Below are positions 28,190 to 37,789 of a stretch of DNA of 42,543 nt, piece by piece; the stretch's first letter is position 1; each line of letters begins with the position of its first letter. Origin of the DNA: Syntrophaceae bacterium UBA6255 (GTDB lineage: Bacteria; Desulfobacterota; Syntrophia; Syntrophales; Smithellaceae); assembly GCA_002441205.1 (NCBI GenBank), contig DJVN01000145.1, positions 32,512 through 75,054 on the forward strand, given 5' to 3'. Position numbers and translations under genes: made by a program. The notes beneath the pieces are model-generated. The model ran no database searches and was not told the DNA's origin. It was given only the letters and a program-made list of their open reading frames with translations.

Positions 28190-30247
28190 ATGAAAGCGAA
28201 TCATCTGATTAACGAAAAGAGCCCTTACCTTCTTCAGCATGCCCGCAACCCTGTGAACTGGTACCCCTGGGGTGACGAAGCATTTGCCAAAGCAAAACAA
28301 GAAAACAAACCTGTTTTTCTTTCGATCGGTTATTCCACCTGTCACTGGTGTCACGTTATGGAGCGGGAATCTTTTGAAGATGAAGAAGTCGCCGCGCTAC
28401 TCAACGAAACATTTGTAAACATCAAAGTTGACCGGGAAGAGCGTCCCGACATCGATGGCGTCTATATGAAGGCTTGTCATATCATGACGCAAAGCGGCGG
28501 CTGGCCATTGACGATTATATTGACGCCGGATAAAAAACCCTTTTTTGCCGCGACCTACATTCCCAAAGAAACCCAGTACGGCCGTGCCGGAATGCTGGAA
28601 TTGATACCGAAAATAAAATCACTCTGGAAGACACGACGTGCCGATGTGCTTTCCGCCGCGACGGAAATTACCGATGTCCTGCGCCAAACTTCAACCGAAA
28701 AAGGAAATGAGCTGTCCGAAGAGACTCTGCGTCGGGCTTATCGCTCATTCTTGGTGAATTTTGACAAGGCATTCGGCGGGTTCGGCCAGGCGCCGAAGTT
28801 TCCGTCTCCACATCATTTCTTTTTTCTGCTGCGCTACTGGAAGCGCACCGGTGACGCGCAGGCACTGCATATTGTTGAGCACACGCTTAAAAACATGCGG
28901 TGCGGCGGGATTTACGATCAGGTCGGCTTCGGCTTTCACCGCTACTCAACTGACGCCTGCTGGGTGGTTCCACATTTTGAAAAAATGCTCTACGATCAGG
29001 CGCTCATGGCGATGGCTTATATCGAGCTTTATCAGGCAACCGGCAAAAAAGAATATGAGATCATTGTTCGCGAAATATTTACCTATGTTTTGCGCGATAT
29101 GACGGACGAGCAGGGTGGCTTCTTCTCTGCTGAAGATGCCGACAGTGAAGGCGTTGAAGGGAAATTTTACCTCTGGACGGAAGAGGAAATCCGCAAAATC
29201 CTTACCCAAAAAGAAGCTGACTTGTTCATGTCTCTTTACCGGCACAGCTCCGACAGTGAGTTGCCGGGCATGCACGAAATTCCAGCTGGCAATTTCATCC
29301 TGCATTTAAAACCATCGACCGGAGACCAAATTGATTTTACACAAATACTCCCCGAAATTGAAAGCATTCGTAAAAAGCTTTTCGCTGTCCGGGAAAAACG
29401 GGTGCATCCGCACAAGGACGACAAAATTCTCACCGACTGGAATAGCCTGATGATTGCGGCGCTGGCGCGCGGCGCGCAGGTTTTCGATGAGCCGGATTAC
29501 ACAAACGCCGCCTGTCGCGCGATGGATTTCATTCTTGAATCCATGCGCGCCAAAGACGGCAAACTTTTTCACCGCTACCGGAGCGGCGAAGCAGCGATTA
29601 CTGGAAATGTCGATGACTATTCTTTTGTGATCTGGGCGCTGCTGGAACTTTATGAGGCAACTTTTCAAGCAAAGTATCTGCAAAAAGCTCTGGAGTATAA
29701 CAATTATTTATTCCGCAACTTTCTTGATAAAAAAAACGGCGGGCTCTTTTTTACCTCCGGCGAAGCGGAATCACTTTTAACACGACCGAAAGAACTCTAC
29801 GACGGCGCCATTCCTTCCGGCAATTCTGTTGCGTACATCAATACGCTTAGACTATTCCGAATTACAGGCGATGCCGAAGTGGAAAAACAGGCGAATGAAA
29901 TTTACAGGGCATTCCGCGCGCATGCGGACGCGATGCCGACAGCCTTCACGCAATTTCTCTGCGGTCTTGATTTTGCGATTGGACCTTCAAGCGAAATTAT
30001 CATTGCCGGAGACATGGATAAACCGGACACAAAGGAACTGCTCTTTGCGTTAAGAAAACACTTCGCGCCCAATAAGGTCGTCATCCTCCGGCCTGAAAAA
30101 TCAGCGAAGCCGGTTATTGAAGCCATCGCGCCGTTTGTGAAGTCGTATTCCGGCATTAACGGAAAAGCAACTGCCTATGTCTGCACCAACTATACCTGCG
30201 CCCTGCCAACCAACGACCCACAAAAAATGCTCGAACTTATAAATTGA
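28190..30247 (+). CDS. thioredoxin domain-containing protein, DUF255 / YyaL family
   Basis: 685 aa. N-terminus: [37 protein letters not shown]. The C-terminal part looks like a six-hairpin (N-acylglucosamine-epimerase-like) region. Confidence 0.92.
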   Translation: MKANHLINEKSPYLLQHARNPVNWYPWGDEAFAKAKQENKPVFLSIGYSTCHWCHVMERESFEDEEVAALLNETFVNIKVDREERPDIDGVYMKACHIMTQSGGWPLTIILTPDKKPFFAATYIPKETQYGRAGMLELIPKIKSLWKTRRADVLSAATEITDVLRQTSTEKGNELSEETLRRAYRSFLVNFDKAFGGFGQAPKFPSPHHFFFLLRYWKRTGDAQALHIVEHTLKNMRCGGIYDQVGFGFHRYSTDACWVVPHFEKMLYDQALMAMAYIELYQATGKKEYEIIVREIFTYVLRDMTDEQGGFFSAEDADSEGVEGKFYLWTEEEIRKILTQKEADLFMSLYRHSSDSELPGMHEIPAGNFILHLKPSTGDQIDFTQILPEIESIRKKLFAVREKRVHPHKDDKILTDWNSLMIAALARGAQVFDEPDYTNAACRAMDFILESMRAKDGKLFHRYRSGEAAITGNVDDYSFVIWALLELYEATFQAKYLQKALEYNNYLFRNFLDKKNGGLFFTSGEAESLLTRPKELYDGAIPSGNSVAYINTLRLFRITGDAEVEKQANEIYRAFRAHADAMPTAFTQFLCGLDFAIGPSSEIIIAGDMDKPDTKELLFALRKHFAPNKVVILRPEKSAKPVIEAIAPFVKSYSGINGKATAYVCTNYTCALPTNDPQKMLELIN

Positions 30248-30316
30248 AATCAATAGCACGCCTCTTTCTTCATTCGTCAACACCAACGGATCGGAAATTT
30301 ATTGATATGCTTTTTT

Positions 30317-31849
30317 CTATTTTTTTCTTATGTATTCCAGAGCTCTTTCCGCGGCATATTTAACTTCTTTAGGATAGGACCCGATGCCTAAAATGGATTT
30401 TGATTCAACAACTTCTGAAAGAGTTTTTATTGCTTCGGGCGAGCCTATAGACCCCAGCGCCTTGCATATCTTTTCCTGCATGGATATCAGATCTTCTTTA
30501 GACATGGAGGACTTGCTTTTGAGCATATCGTGTAAATCTGTCACGGCTTCTTTGCATTTAACTTTACCGAGTATTTCAATAATATTGACTCGCAAGTCCT
30601 GATCGACTTCAGGCAAAACCGACAAAAGCAACGGCCCCCGCTTATCGCCTCCTGTCTGATTAATGCTCTTGAAGGCCTCCATGCGAACCCGTTTTTCCTT
30701 GTGGAGCAATAGAGGTTTTAATGCTTCAACGCTGGTATCATTGCCTATACGGCCTAGCATATAGGCAAGATTACGGAGGTAATACCACGGCTCATACATG
30801 TTAATGCTTGACTTAATGGCTGGTATTGACGCCGAACCCATTGCTTCAATAGTATGAAGAATGCTGATACGCACTTTGCTGTCGCTGGCATTTTTGAGAA
30901 CACCGAGCAATTTCTTTAAAACAACATCGCCAAATCCGGCAAATAATTTCAGGGCTTCATACTTGCTGTTTTTTTCGTTGGTGTTAATTTCTTTAAAAAG
31001 GATGTTAAAGTTACTATCTGACGCAAGATTTTTAATAACCTCCAACGACAACACCCTTATTTTATCATCTTTTATCAACTTTCCTTCGTTAATTCTGCTG
31101 AAAACATTTACAATCGGATTCGATTCGGCAATAAATCCATTCTGGATGAAGTCCTGAAGAAGTTTCTGCAAGCGCAGGCATGTTTCCTTGAATTGAGGAG
31201 TAAATTTTGTCTGCATTTCCAACCACTCTGCCGCCTGTAATGATAAATGATTAATCATTTCTATTTTTTCTGCGGAAGGAATGGATTCAATGGCACCGTC
31301 CATTGCGTTCAAACGGATAAATACTTTTTCCACCTCTGCAATATTCTTATAAAACTGTTCTTCAGAACTCTCCTTCCCGGCCACGATTTCCCGAGGTATC
31401 TCAACTTCCATAATTACCTTATCATCAGGATGAATCGGTTTTGCCTTTTCTTCCTCCATACTTTCAGGCTCTTCAGCATCAACTCGAGCAGAAATTGGTT
31501 TTTTTGCGATAAAGTTTATTAAAATACTAAGTTCTTCTTTTTCCAAATCTTTTTCAAAAGAAAAATTCTTGAGATTTAAAACATGAAGGATTTCAAGCAG
31601 GGCTGAAACGGGAATCGTTGTTTCATCTTTTTGATTTGAAATATTTTCGCCGGGGAGGGCTTTTGTTTCCAATTGCGCAAAAGCCGAAGGCGACTCCTGC
31701 CGCATATTTTCCACAATATGAAGATAAAGAGCTTCTATAAAATCAGTAATCATTCCACCAAAGGAAGAATACAATTGATCATTCTTTATTGCCGAGTGTA
31801 TAAGAATAAGCGAATGAACAGCTTTTCGTTGTAAATCCATATCCGACAT
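30317..31849 (-). CDS. HEAT-repeat domain protein
   Basis: 510 aa. The C-terminal half has PBS-lyase/HEAT-like repeats (VRISILHTIEAMG, VRMEAFKSINQTG, LRVNIIEILGKV, ALGSIGSPEAI). The N-terminal half is unassigned. Confidence 0.78.
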   Translation of the reverse strand: MSDMDLQRKAVHSLILIHSAIKNDQLYSSFGGMITDFIEALYLHIVENMRQESPSAFAQLETKALPGENISNQKDETTIPVSALLEILHVLNLKNFSFEKDLEKEELSILINFIAKKPISARVDAEEPESMEEEKAKPIHPDDKVIMEVEIPREIVAGKESSEEQFYKNIAEVEKVFIRLNAMDGAIESIPSAEKIEMINHLSLQAAEWLEMQTKFTPQFKETCLRLQKLLQDFIQNGFIAESNPIVNVFSRINEGKLIKDDKIRVLSLEVIKNLASDSNFNILFKEINTNEKNSKYEALKLFAGFGDVVLKKLLGVLKNASDSKVRISILHTIEAMGSASIPAIKSSINMYEPWYYLRNLAYMLGRIGNDTSVEALKPLLLHKEKRVRMEAFKSINQTGGDKRGPLLLSVLPEVDQDLRVNIIEILGKVKCKEAVTDLHDMLKSKSSMSKEDLISMQEKICKALGSIGSPEAIKTLSEVVESKSILGIGSYPKEVKYAAERALEYIRKK

Positions 31850-32025
31850 AATTTACCCCGATAAAAGCAAAGTGAATAAACGTAAAAATTTTCATCAAAC
31901 TCAAATTTACAATTTCTTATTCCCAGGCAATTTTCTTTTTTAAATTATAACATTTCCGGATGATGAAAACAATCGACTTAATGGCCACAGGGGGGGGCTA
32001 TTGATTCCCAAATCATATACTTCAA

Positions 32026-32285
32026 TCACGGGTATGAACCCCAGGGAAAGCCCTGTTGCTAATTCCGCAGCAAGCTGCGGGGTATTATATCCTCCGCTGT
32101 GCGGGATTGTTCCCCATCTCGATTTATTGGGATGGGATAATTCGTCCAACCAATTTCAGCACGCTGTGCTTCTGAAATTGGGACTCACTACGACTAACAA
32201 ATCTCAATACACCACACCGATAGTGCCCCCATGGTGCCCTTCAGGGTATTTAGGGTATTCGTTTTTGAAATTTGAGTCTCACAAT
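32026..32285 (-). repeat. long copy 2 of the modular structured repeat (260 bp)
   Basis: It has the same terminal blocks as 23867-24114, but the internal modules differ in order and content. The 22-nt hairpin cctccgctgtgcgggattgttc sits at 32091-32112 here and at 24004-24025 in copy 1, i.e. at a different relative position. Confidence 0.8.
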
Positions 32286-32512
32286 AATTTTTTTCCTTGC
32301 ATTGATTCTTCAAAAGAGTATGATTTGCAAAATCCCGCGATATGCGGAGGGCATGGATGATGCCTTTTGTTCTGCATGTTTCACTGAAATAAATTTGTAA
32401 GCTACATACTTATTGATGGGTGACTGATTATGATGTCTCGTAAAATGCGATGTTATGATTACAGGCAAAAAAGCATCGTTACTTAATGTTTTAAAATTCA
32501 AGGAGGAACACC

Positions 32513-33871
32513 ATGCCCAAAAAACAGATTATCGATGCACATTGTCACTTGTTTAACGCGAAGTACGCCGTCATGGAACTTGCCTCTGCATCATGGAACC
32601 ACTTTCGGGGCAATTATCCGCATCAAAAAGGCACCGTCCTATTAAAAACGCGAAAGCCGGGCTTCATCGAAAGACTTGAAGGCGTCAAGGACTTTGCGGC
32701 CTATATTGCAAGACTGCTGAAGGTCACATTATCCGACTGCGAAGGAAACTATAAAACGGCTTTGAAAAATTTTGCCGAAAGTGAGCTGGGCAAGAATGCC
32801 TCATTAAGCGTCGCGCCGTTAATGATGGATATCTATTTTGCGCTCGATGATAATACAGATGAAGCAGGGCTTGCACGCAAAGGACGCCTCACGACACCAA
32901 GAATTGAAGCGTTCGCCATCCCCGCAGATAAGCAAAAAGATTTTGAAGATCATTTTAATAAAATCGAATTAATGGTCAGGGAAGAATTTAAGAAGATCCA
33001 GCCGGTTACAAAACGACTGCTTGTTTCCGAAGATAAACTCGCCACCATCTTTAATGACGCCAAAAAGGATTTGCTTGCCACGCCCAGGAAACTTCTCAAA
33101 GGCGTCGATCCTTACGCGGGAATCGAACTTTCTCCGGGATACAAAAAACACATGCTCGAACTCGAAGGACTCGCAAAGAAATATCCGGGGAAAGTATTTC
33201 CTTTTCTGGCTATAGACCCGCGCAGAGCAGGAATAATGAAACTCATCGAAATGAAAATAAATAAGGGCAAAGGCATTTTCAAAGGCATTAAACTTTATCC
33301 GCCGCTGGGCTATTTGCCCACGCATCCTAATCTGGCAACGGTTTTTGATTATTGCGTCCAATATGATATTCCCATCACAGTGCATTGCTCGCCGGGTGGA
33401 ATAAATAATTTCAGAAAGACGAACTATATCAGAAGTTGGGATGAAAAAAATCATTTGGAAGATTTCAAAACGACAGAGGGCAATAAGAGCATTTATTATA
33501 CCGCTCCTGAAAAGTGGCTGCCCGTTTTAATAAAATGGCAGGACATTCGCATTAACTTCGCCCATTTCGGCGGCGGCGATCAACTTATTGCCGGCAACAC
33601 CAATTGGATGAATAAAATCATCGAACTTATCAAAGCTCATCCGCATGTTTACACAGACATATCCTACCATACCGACAAGGAATCGCCCTGCAAGATACTT
33701 GAAGTCGTCGGGAAAAATGACTGTCTGAATACAAGACTTATGTTCGGCACGGATTACATCATGATAATGATGGATATGTCTTTGGGCGGCCTGGATAAAT
33801 ATTATAATCTTTATACCGTATTGAACGACAGACTGGTGTATGAAAATGCCAAGGACTTTCTAAATCTATGA
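32513..33871 (+). CDS. amidohydrolase-fold metal-dependent hydrolase (amidohydrolase_2-like)
   Basis: 452 aa with AGGAGG upstream. N-terminal HxH metal motif (IDAHCHLF), central GIKLYPPLGY...PITVHC, and C-terminal FGTDY. An insertion of roughly 170 aa follows the HxH motif. Confidence 0.78.
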   Translation: MPKKQIIDAHCHLFNAKYAVMELASASWNHFRGNYPHQKGTVLLKTRKPGFIERLEGVKDFAAYIARLLKVTLSDCEGNYKTALKNFAESELGKNASLSVAPLMMDIYFALDDNTDEAGLARKGRLTTPRIEAFAIPADKQKDFEDHFNKIELMVREEFKKIQPVTKRLLVSEDKLATIFNDAKKDLLATPRKLLKGVDPYAGIELSPGYKKHMLELEGLAKKYPGKVFPFLAIDPRRAGIMKLIEMKINKGKGIFKGIKLYPPLGYLPTHPNLATVFDYCVQYDIPITVHCSPGGINNFRKTNYIRSWDEKNHLEDFKTTEGNKSIYYTAPEKWLPVLIKWQDIRINFAHFGGGDQLIAGNTNWMNKIIELIKAHPHVYTDISYHTDKESPCKILEVVGKNDCLNTRLMFGTDYIMIMMDMSLGGLDKYYNLYTVLNDRLVYENAKDFLNL

Positions 33872-33925
33872 TGCCGATATGGCTATCTCAAAATCATAAG
33901 TTGTAATTAAGTATAGCCGCATAGC

Positions 33926-33953
33926 GGGAGGATTTGGCTGCTCCCTGTTTTTT
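33926..33953 (+). terminator. weak candidate terminator after the amidohydrolase gene
   Basis: 5-bp stem gggag / ctccc with a 10-nt loop, followed by TGTTTTTTC. The short stem makes this a weak call. Confidence 0.35.
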
Positions 33954-34026
33954 CTTGCATTGTTTTCAAAAAGGGCGTTAATGAAACTTCAATTACAAAA
34001 GCGCAGGGTATCTTAAGAGGGAATAA

Positions 34027-34785
34027 ATGAACTATAACGCAACAAAAATCGCAGAAAAGGTATTCCCCTTTCTCGATAAAGCCTTACAGCACTTTGGCCG
34101 CAATGAAATCTGGTGGCGCGGACAATCCAATTCCAGTCCTGACTGGAAATTATTACCAAGCATATTTCGAAGAATAGATTCAGAGTTTAGTGAGCGAAAC
34201 CTGACACAAACATTTAAAAGAAAAGCTCTTTCAAGATACCAAAACTGTCCACAACAGAACGACGGCATTGGCTGGTTATTCTTAATGCAACATTATAGAC
34301 TTCCAACAAGGTTATTGGATTGGAGTGAATCTTTTCTTGTTGCAACATTTTTTTCCGTAATCGAAAAACTATATAAAGATAAACCAGGTGCTCTATGGGC
34401 TCTTTCACCAGTAGATTTAAACACAGATCAATTTGAAGAAAAAGGAGTTCTTTTACCTGATGGAGATATGATAAAACCCTTAATCAGACATGCATTCGTA
34501 AACAAAGCAGAAGAAATAAAAAAAATTTGTGCAGTTTCATCAAAAGAAATTGATTCTCGTTTAATGACTCAATTATCTGTTTTTACTATCCATGGATATA
34601 ATCAACCGTTAGAGTCTCTTTCTAATCATGAAAAATATTTAATAAAATTTGAAATCCCTTCTGAGCTAAAGGTACAATTAATAAATATGCTATATGATTT
34701 AGGAATAAGGCGATCAAACATTTTCCCAGACTTGGAAAACTTAGCTAAAGATCTTTCAGCATGGTTTTATTCACCTATCGATTAG
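34027..34785 (+). CDS. FRG domain-containing protein
   Basis: 252 aa with FRG-domain hallmarks WWRGQSN..W.L.PS.FR and LMQHYRLPTRLLDWSES. The gene is visibly AT-rich compared with its neighbours, by eye only. Confidence 0.8.
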   Translation: MNYNATKIAEKVFPFLDKALQHFGRNEIWWRGQSNSSPDWKLLPSIFRRIDSEFSERNLTQTFKRKALSRYQNCPQQNDGIGWLFLMQHYRLPTRLLDWSESFLVATFFSVIEKLYKDKPGALWALSPVDLNTDQFEEKGVLLPDGDMIKPLIRHAFVNKAEEIKKICAVSSKEIDSRLMTQLSVFTIHGYNQPLESLSNHEKYLIKFEIPSELKVQLINMLYDLGIRRSNIFPDLENLAKDLSAWFYSPID

Positions 34786-34847
34786 TTATATGTTTGCAAT
34801 AATGTTGATAATAGACAAGACACCCATTTTCTTTCAGGAGATTGCAC

Positions 34848-35039
34848 ATGGCCACAACATCCGTTACCGATGAGGATAGAAAAAAAGCGCAGCGCTGTGT
34901 TGAATGTCCGGTATGCAAGCAGGCCCGAAAGCAACAAAGTGGATTCGCTTTCTGGTTTGTCAAAAATATCGAAAACGGCATCTGCCCCTACTGCACGGCA
35001 TATGAAAAGGTTTACGGCAAAAAAGCCCACGAAGCCTGA
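34848..35039 (+). CDS. small Cys-rich (zinc-ribbon-like) protein
   Basis: 63 aa from ATG 34848, with AGGAG 7 nt upstream (the ORF track starts at TTG 34842). Cysteine pattern CVECPVC...CPYC. The stop lies 16 nt before the OCD-family gene start. Confidence 0.55.
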   Translation: MATTSVTDEDRKKAQRCVECPVCKQARKQQSGFAFWFVKNIENGICPYCTAYEKVYGKKAHEA

Positions 35040-35055
35040 ACGGTTCTGATTATTC

Positions 35056-36039
35056 ATGAAAACTCTGATTCTGACGAAGCGTGATATTGAAAAAATTCTG
35101 ACGCCTGCCGTGGCGAATGAAACGGTCGAGAAGGCTTTCCGGGCATACAGTTTGGGGTGTACTCAGATGCCGCCCAAGAGTTATTTGTATTTTCCGAAAG
35201 GCGATCTGCGATCCATGCCGGCTTATATCTGCGGTGAAGGCTTTAACGTCGCCGGTATCAAAAGCGTAACAGTCCATCCCCGGAATTCCGCCAGTGATTT
35301 GCCAGCAGTTATGGCTGTCATTATTCTGAATGATCCGCAGACAGGTTTTCCGCTGGCGGTCATGGACGGCACCTATCTCACTTGTATTCGAACCGGCGCG
35401 GCCGGGGCCGTGGCGGCAAAGTATCTAAGCCGGAAAGATTCGCAGGTTGCGGGATTCGTCGGATGCGGCGCACAGGCGCGCTCTCAGTTATCATGCCTGC
35501 TGGCATTTCGCGATATCCGGAAAATCAAAATATGGCAATATCCGAAAGACAAGGAATGCGTTCGAAGCTTCCAACAGTGGGTTCATAAAACCTGCAAATT
35601 GGAAGCCGAAGTATCTTCGCGGATGGATGCTGTTACCATGAATTCCGATATCGTCATCACCACAACGCCATCCCGCGCACCTTTGGTAAACTGTGTTTCT
35701 CCTGGAACGCACATCAATGCCGTCGGCGCCGACGCTCCCGGCAAACAGGAAATCAATCCCCAGATATTAAAACAGGCGAAAGTGGTGGTTGATGACTGGA
35801 CACAGGCCGCGCACAGCGGTGAAATCAATGTGCCGCTGAGCAAAAAGCAGTTGACGAAAAAAGACATACACGCGCTATTGGGGGATATCGTGGCCGGAAA
35901 GAAGCGAGGCAGAACATCCGTAAACGAAATAACTCTTTTCGACGCGACAGGTCTTGCTATTCAGGATATTTCCTGCGCTGATGTTGTTTATAAGGCTTTT
36001 AAAAACAGGCGCTGCATCAGAACTATTGGTTTTTTTTAG
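35056..36039 (+). CDS. ornithine cyclodeaminase / mu-crystallin family protein
   Basis: 327 aa with family-wide similarity. Rossmann motif GFVGCGAQA and ...NAVGADAPGKQE. Confidence 0.9.
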   Translation: MKTLILTKRDIEKILTPAVANETVEKAFRAYSLGCTQMPPKSYLYFPKGDLRSMPAYICGEGFNVAGIKSVTVHPRNSASDLPAVMAVIILNDPQTGFPLAVMDGTYLTCIRTGAAGAVAAKYLSRKDSQVAGFVGCGAQARSQLSCLLAFRDIRKIKIWQYPKDKECVRSFQQWVHKTCKLEAEVSSRMDAVTMNSDIVITTTPSRAPLVNCVSPGTHINAVGADAPGKQEINPQILKQAKVVVDDWTQAAHSGEINVPLSKKQLTKKDIHALLGDIVAGKKRGRTSVNEITLFDATGLAIQDISCADVVYKAFKNRRCIRTIGFF

Positions 36040-36070
36040 CCACCATAACAAAATTCTCGTAGTTCTTCTC

Positions 36071-36099
36071 TTGACATACCGGACGGTGTTATCTATACT
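36071..36099 (+). promoter_or_regulatory. sigma70-type promoter
   Basis: TTGACA (36071-36076), 17-nt spacer, TATACT (36094-36099), about 110 nt upstream of the 36211 start. The string ttctcttgacatac also occurs at 39089-39102, upstream of the 39188 gene. Confidence 0.5.
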
Positions 36100-36210
36100 T
36101 CGTTCACAAAAATAATCTCATAAACAATGCCCAAAATCGAATCGGATTTTTCCGGAAATTTGTGAGGAATGATCGCAATTCGACTATAAAACTAATTTAG
36201 GAGGTTTCTG

Positions 36211-36789
36211 ATGTCAAAAAAACTTGGATTTCTGCTGGTCGTTTTACTCTTTGTTTTCTCCTTTTCCGTTGACGCGCGGACCATCGGCGGCGTTAATATG
36301 GAAGAAACGTTTAAGGCTGGAGATGAAACGCTGATACTGAACGGCGCCGGTATCAGGGAAAAATTCTTTGCCGATATCTATGTGGCCGGTCTGTATCTGA
36401 AAGAAAAAAGCAGTGACTACAAAAAAATTATGAGCATGGATGAATCCATGGTCATAAAAATCAAGATTGTCTCCTCGCTCATCACCGCTGAAAGGTTTAA
36501 GGAAGCCTGCGAAGAAGGTTTTGAAAGAACGACAAACGGAAACACCAAGCCGTTAAGACCGAAAATCGACCTTGCCTACACCGCCTTCGCGCAGAAATTC
36601 AATGTAGGAGATATCTTTGACCTGGTTTATATTAAAGGCGTTGGAACGGATTTTTATAAAAACGGGAAATTGATTACCAAAGTTGACGGGATCGACTTCA
36701 AAGCGGCTCTTTTCGGCATCTGGATCATAGACAAACCTTCTCATAAAAATGAAAAATTGAGAAAAGGCATGCTTGGATTGCCTTTATAA
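36211..36789 (+). CDS. secreted chalcone-isomerase-like (Chalcone_3) family protein
   Basis: 192 aa with AGGAGG upstream and a signal peptide (SFSVDA/RT). The motif L.LNGAGIREKFFADIYVAGLYL is typical of bacterial CHI-like proteins. Confidence 0.8.
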   Translation: MSKKLGFLLVVLLFVFSFSVDARTIGGVNMEETFKAGDETLILNGAGIREKFFADIYVAGLYLKEKSSDYKKIMSMDESMVIKIKIVSSLITAERFKEACEEGFERTTNGNTKPLRPKIDLAYTAFAQKFNVGDIFDLVYIKGVGTDFYKNGKLITKVDGIDFKAALFGIWIIDKPSHKNEKLRKGMLGLPL

Positions 36790-36805
36790 TCTTTAAAGCT
36801 ATTCA

Positions 36806-36843
36806 GGGAGTCTGGAAGCTATACTTCCGGGCTCCCCTTTTTT
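36806..36843 (+). terminator. Rho-independent terminator
   Basis: Imperfect 13-bp stem gggagtctggaag / cttccgggctccc with loop ctata, followed by CTTTTTT. Confidence 0.6.
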
Positions 36844-36868
36844 CATCAATAAAAAAGTTGGTCATGAA

Positions 36869-37711
36869 TCACTGCCTCGTTCTGGAAGGATTAGGCACAT
36901 AATCAAAATCAAAAGAAATGATTCCCACACGGGTTTTAATTTTTATGGGAATCTTTTTTTTATCAGCGGTAACCCAGATTTTGAGTTGCGCGTTATCCCC
37001 TTTTTTTACCACTTTATTCTTTTCCAATGACTCCAGCATTCTCATATCAGGTGTAATTTCAATGGCTGCGTATGTTTTCCCTCCGACTTTGATTATATCT
37101 CTTTTACCGACAATCGCTCTGACCGCAATGTTGCGTTTACCGTCCGTCAGCGGGACAAGAATTTCCGAATTCTCTTTAAGATCCTGACATCGAATAACGT
37201 AATAAAGGGCCAACGGGTCAAAAGTCCCCGGCAGGATACCAATCGACGGCTTGGTCTTGCCGAACTTGGTTGGAGTGACTTCAAGTTTTTTCCAATTAAA
37301 GTTCAATATTTCATCACGAGGATGTTTGCTTTTTGTCTTTTTTCGATAAAGGATGCTGTGTGTCATAGCAACATCAACATAGGAATCCTGTCTTTCCCTG
37401 ATTTTATAGATGAGATCGACGGTCGGGTTAGTCTTCGTAATCATGACAAAATGATAGGATTCGACCCCGTTGACAATTTTTTTTGGAAGAACTTCCAGAG
37501 TGAGCTCTCCGGCCGGAATCGTCCCCCATCTCCCCTGATAGGTCAGTTTTTCTCCGGGATTAAAAGGAATTAACTTGTCCGGCTCTTTGGCGGCACTATT
37601 CAAACCCAGAAATATTATCGCGTACAAAACGAGAATGATGCACCGGGCAAAACTGAAATAAGTTACTCCGGGCTTCAATGAAAATACTGTTTTTTTATTT
37701 CGTATCATCAT
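36869..37711 (-). CDS. DUF3108-like protein
   Basis: 280 aa with an N-terminal membrane anchor. GEKLTYQGRWGTIPAGELTLEV... followed by a beta-rich pattern resembles DUF3108. Confidence 0.72.
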   Translation of the reverse strand: MMIRNKKTVFSLKPGVTYFSFARCIILVLYAIIFLGLNSAAKEPDKLIPFNPGEKLTYQGRWGTIPAGELTLEVLPKKIVNGVESYHFVMITKTNPTVDLIYKIRERQDSYVDVAMTHSILYRKKTKSKHPRDEILNFNWKKLEVTPTKFGKTKPSIGILPGTFDPLALYYVIRCQDLKENSEILVPLTDGKRNIAVRAIVGKRDIIKVGGKTYAAIEITPDMRMLESLEKNKVVKKGDNAQLKIWVTADKKKIPIKIKTRVGIISFDFDYVPNPSRTRQ

Positions 37712-37789
37712 TCAATCAAAACACTGACGCCGTATATCGCCGGACTTGCCTTTGCGCATTTCGCAAAAAGTTCCCATGGCAACAATCAA

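Noticed and set aside
32001-32360. 119-aa ORF spanning long repeat copy 2.
   Set aside because: The homologous copy 1 (23867-24114) keeps no comparable open frame. The differences between the copies are indels and module swaps rather than codon-preserving changes. There is no RBS.
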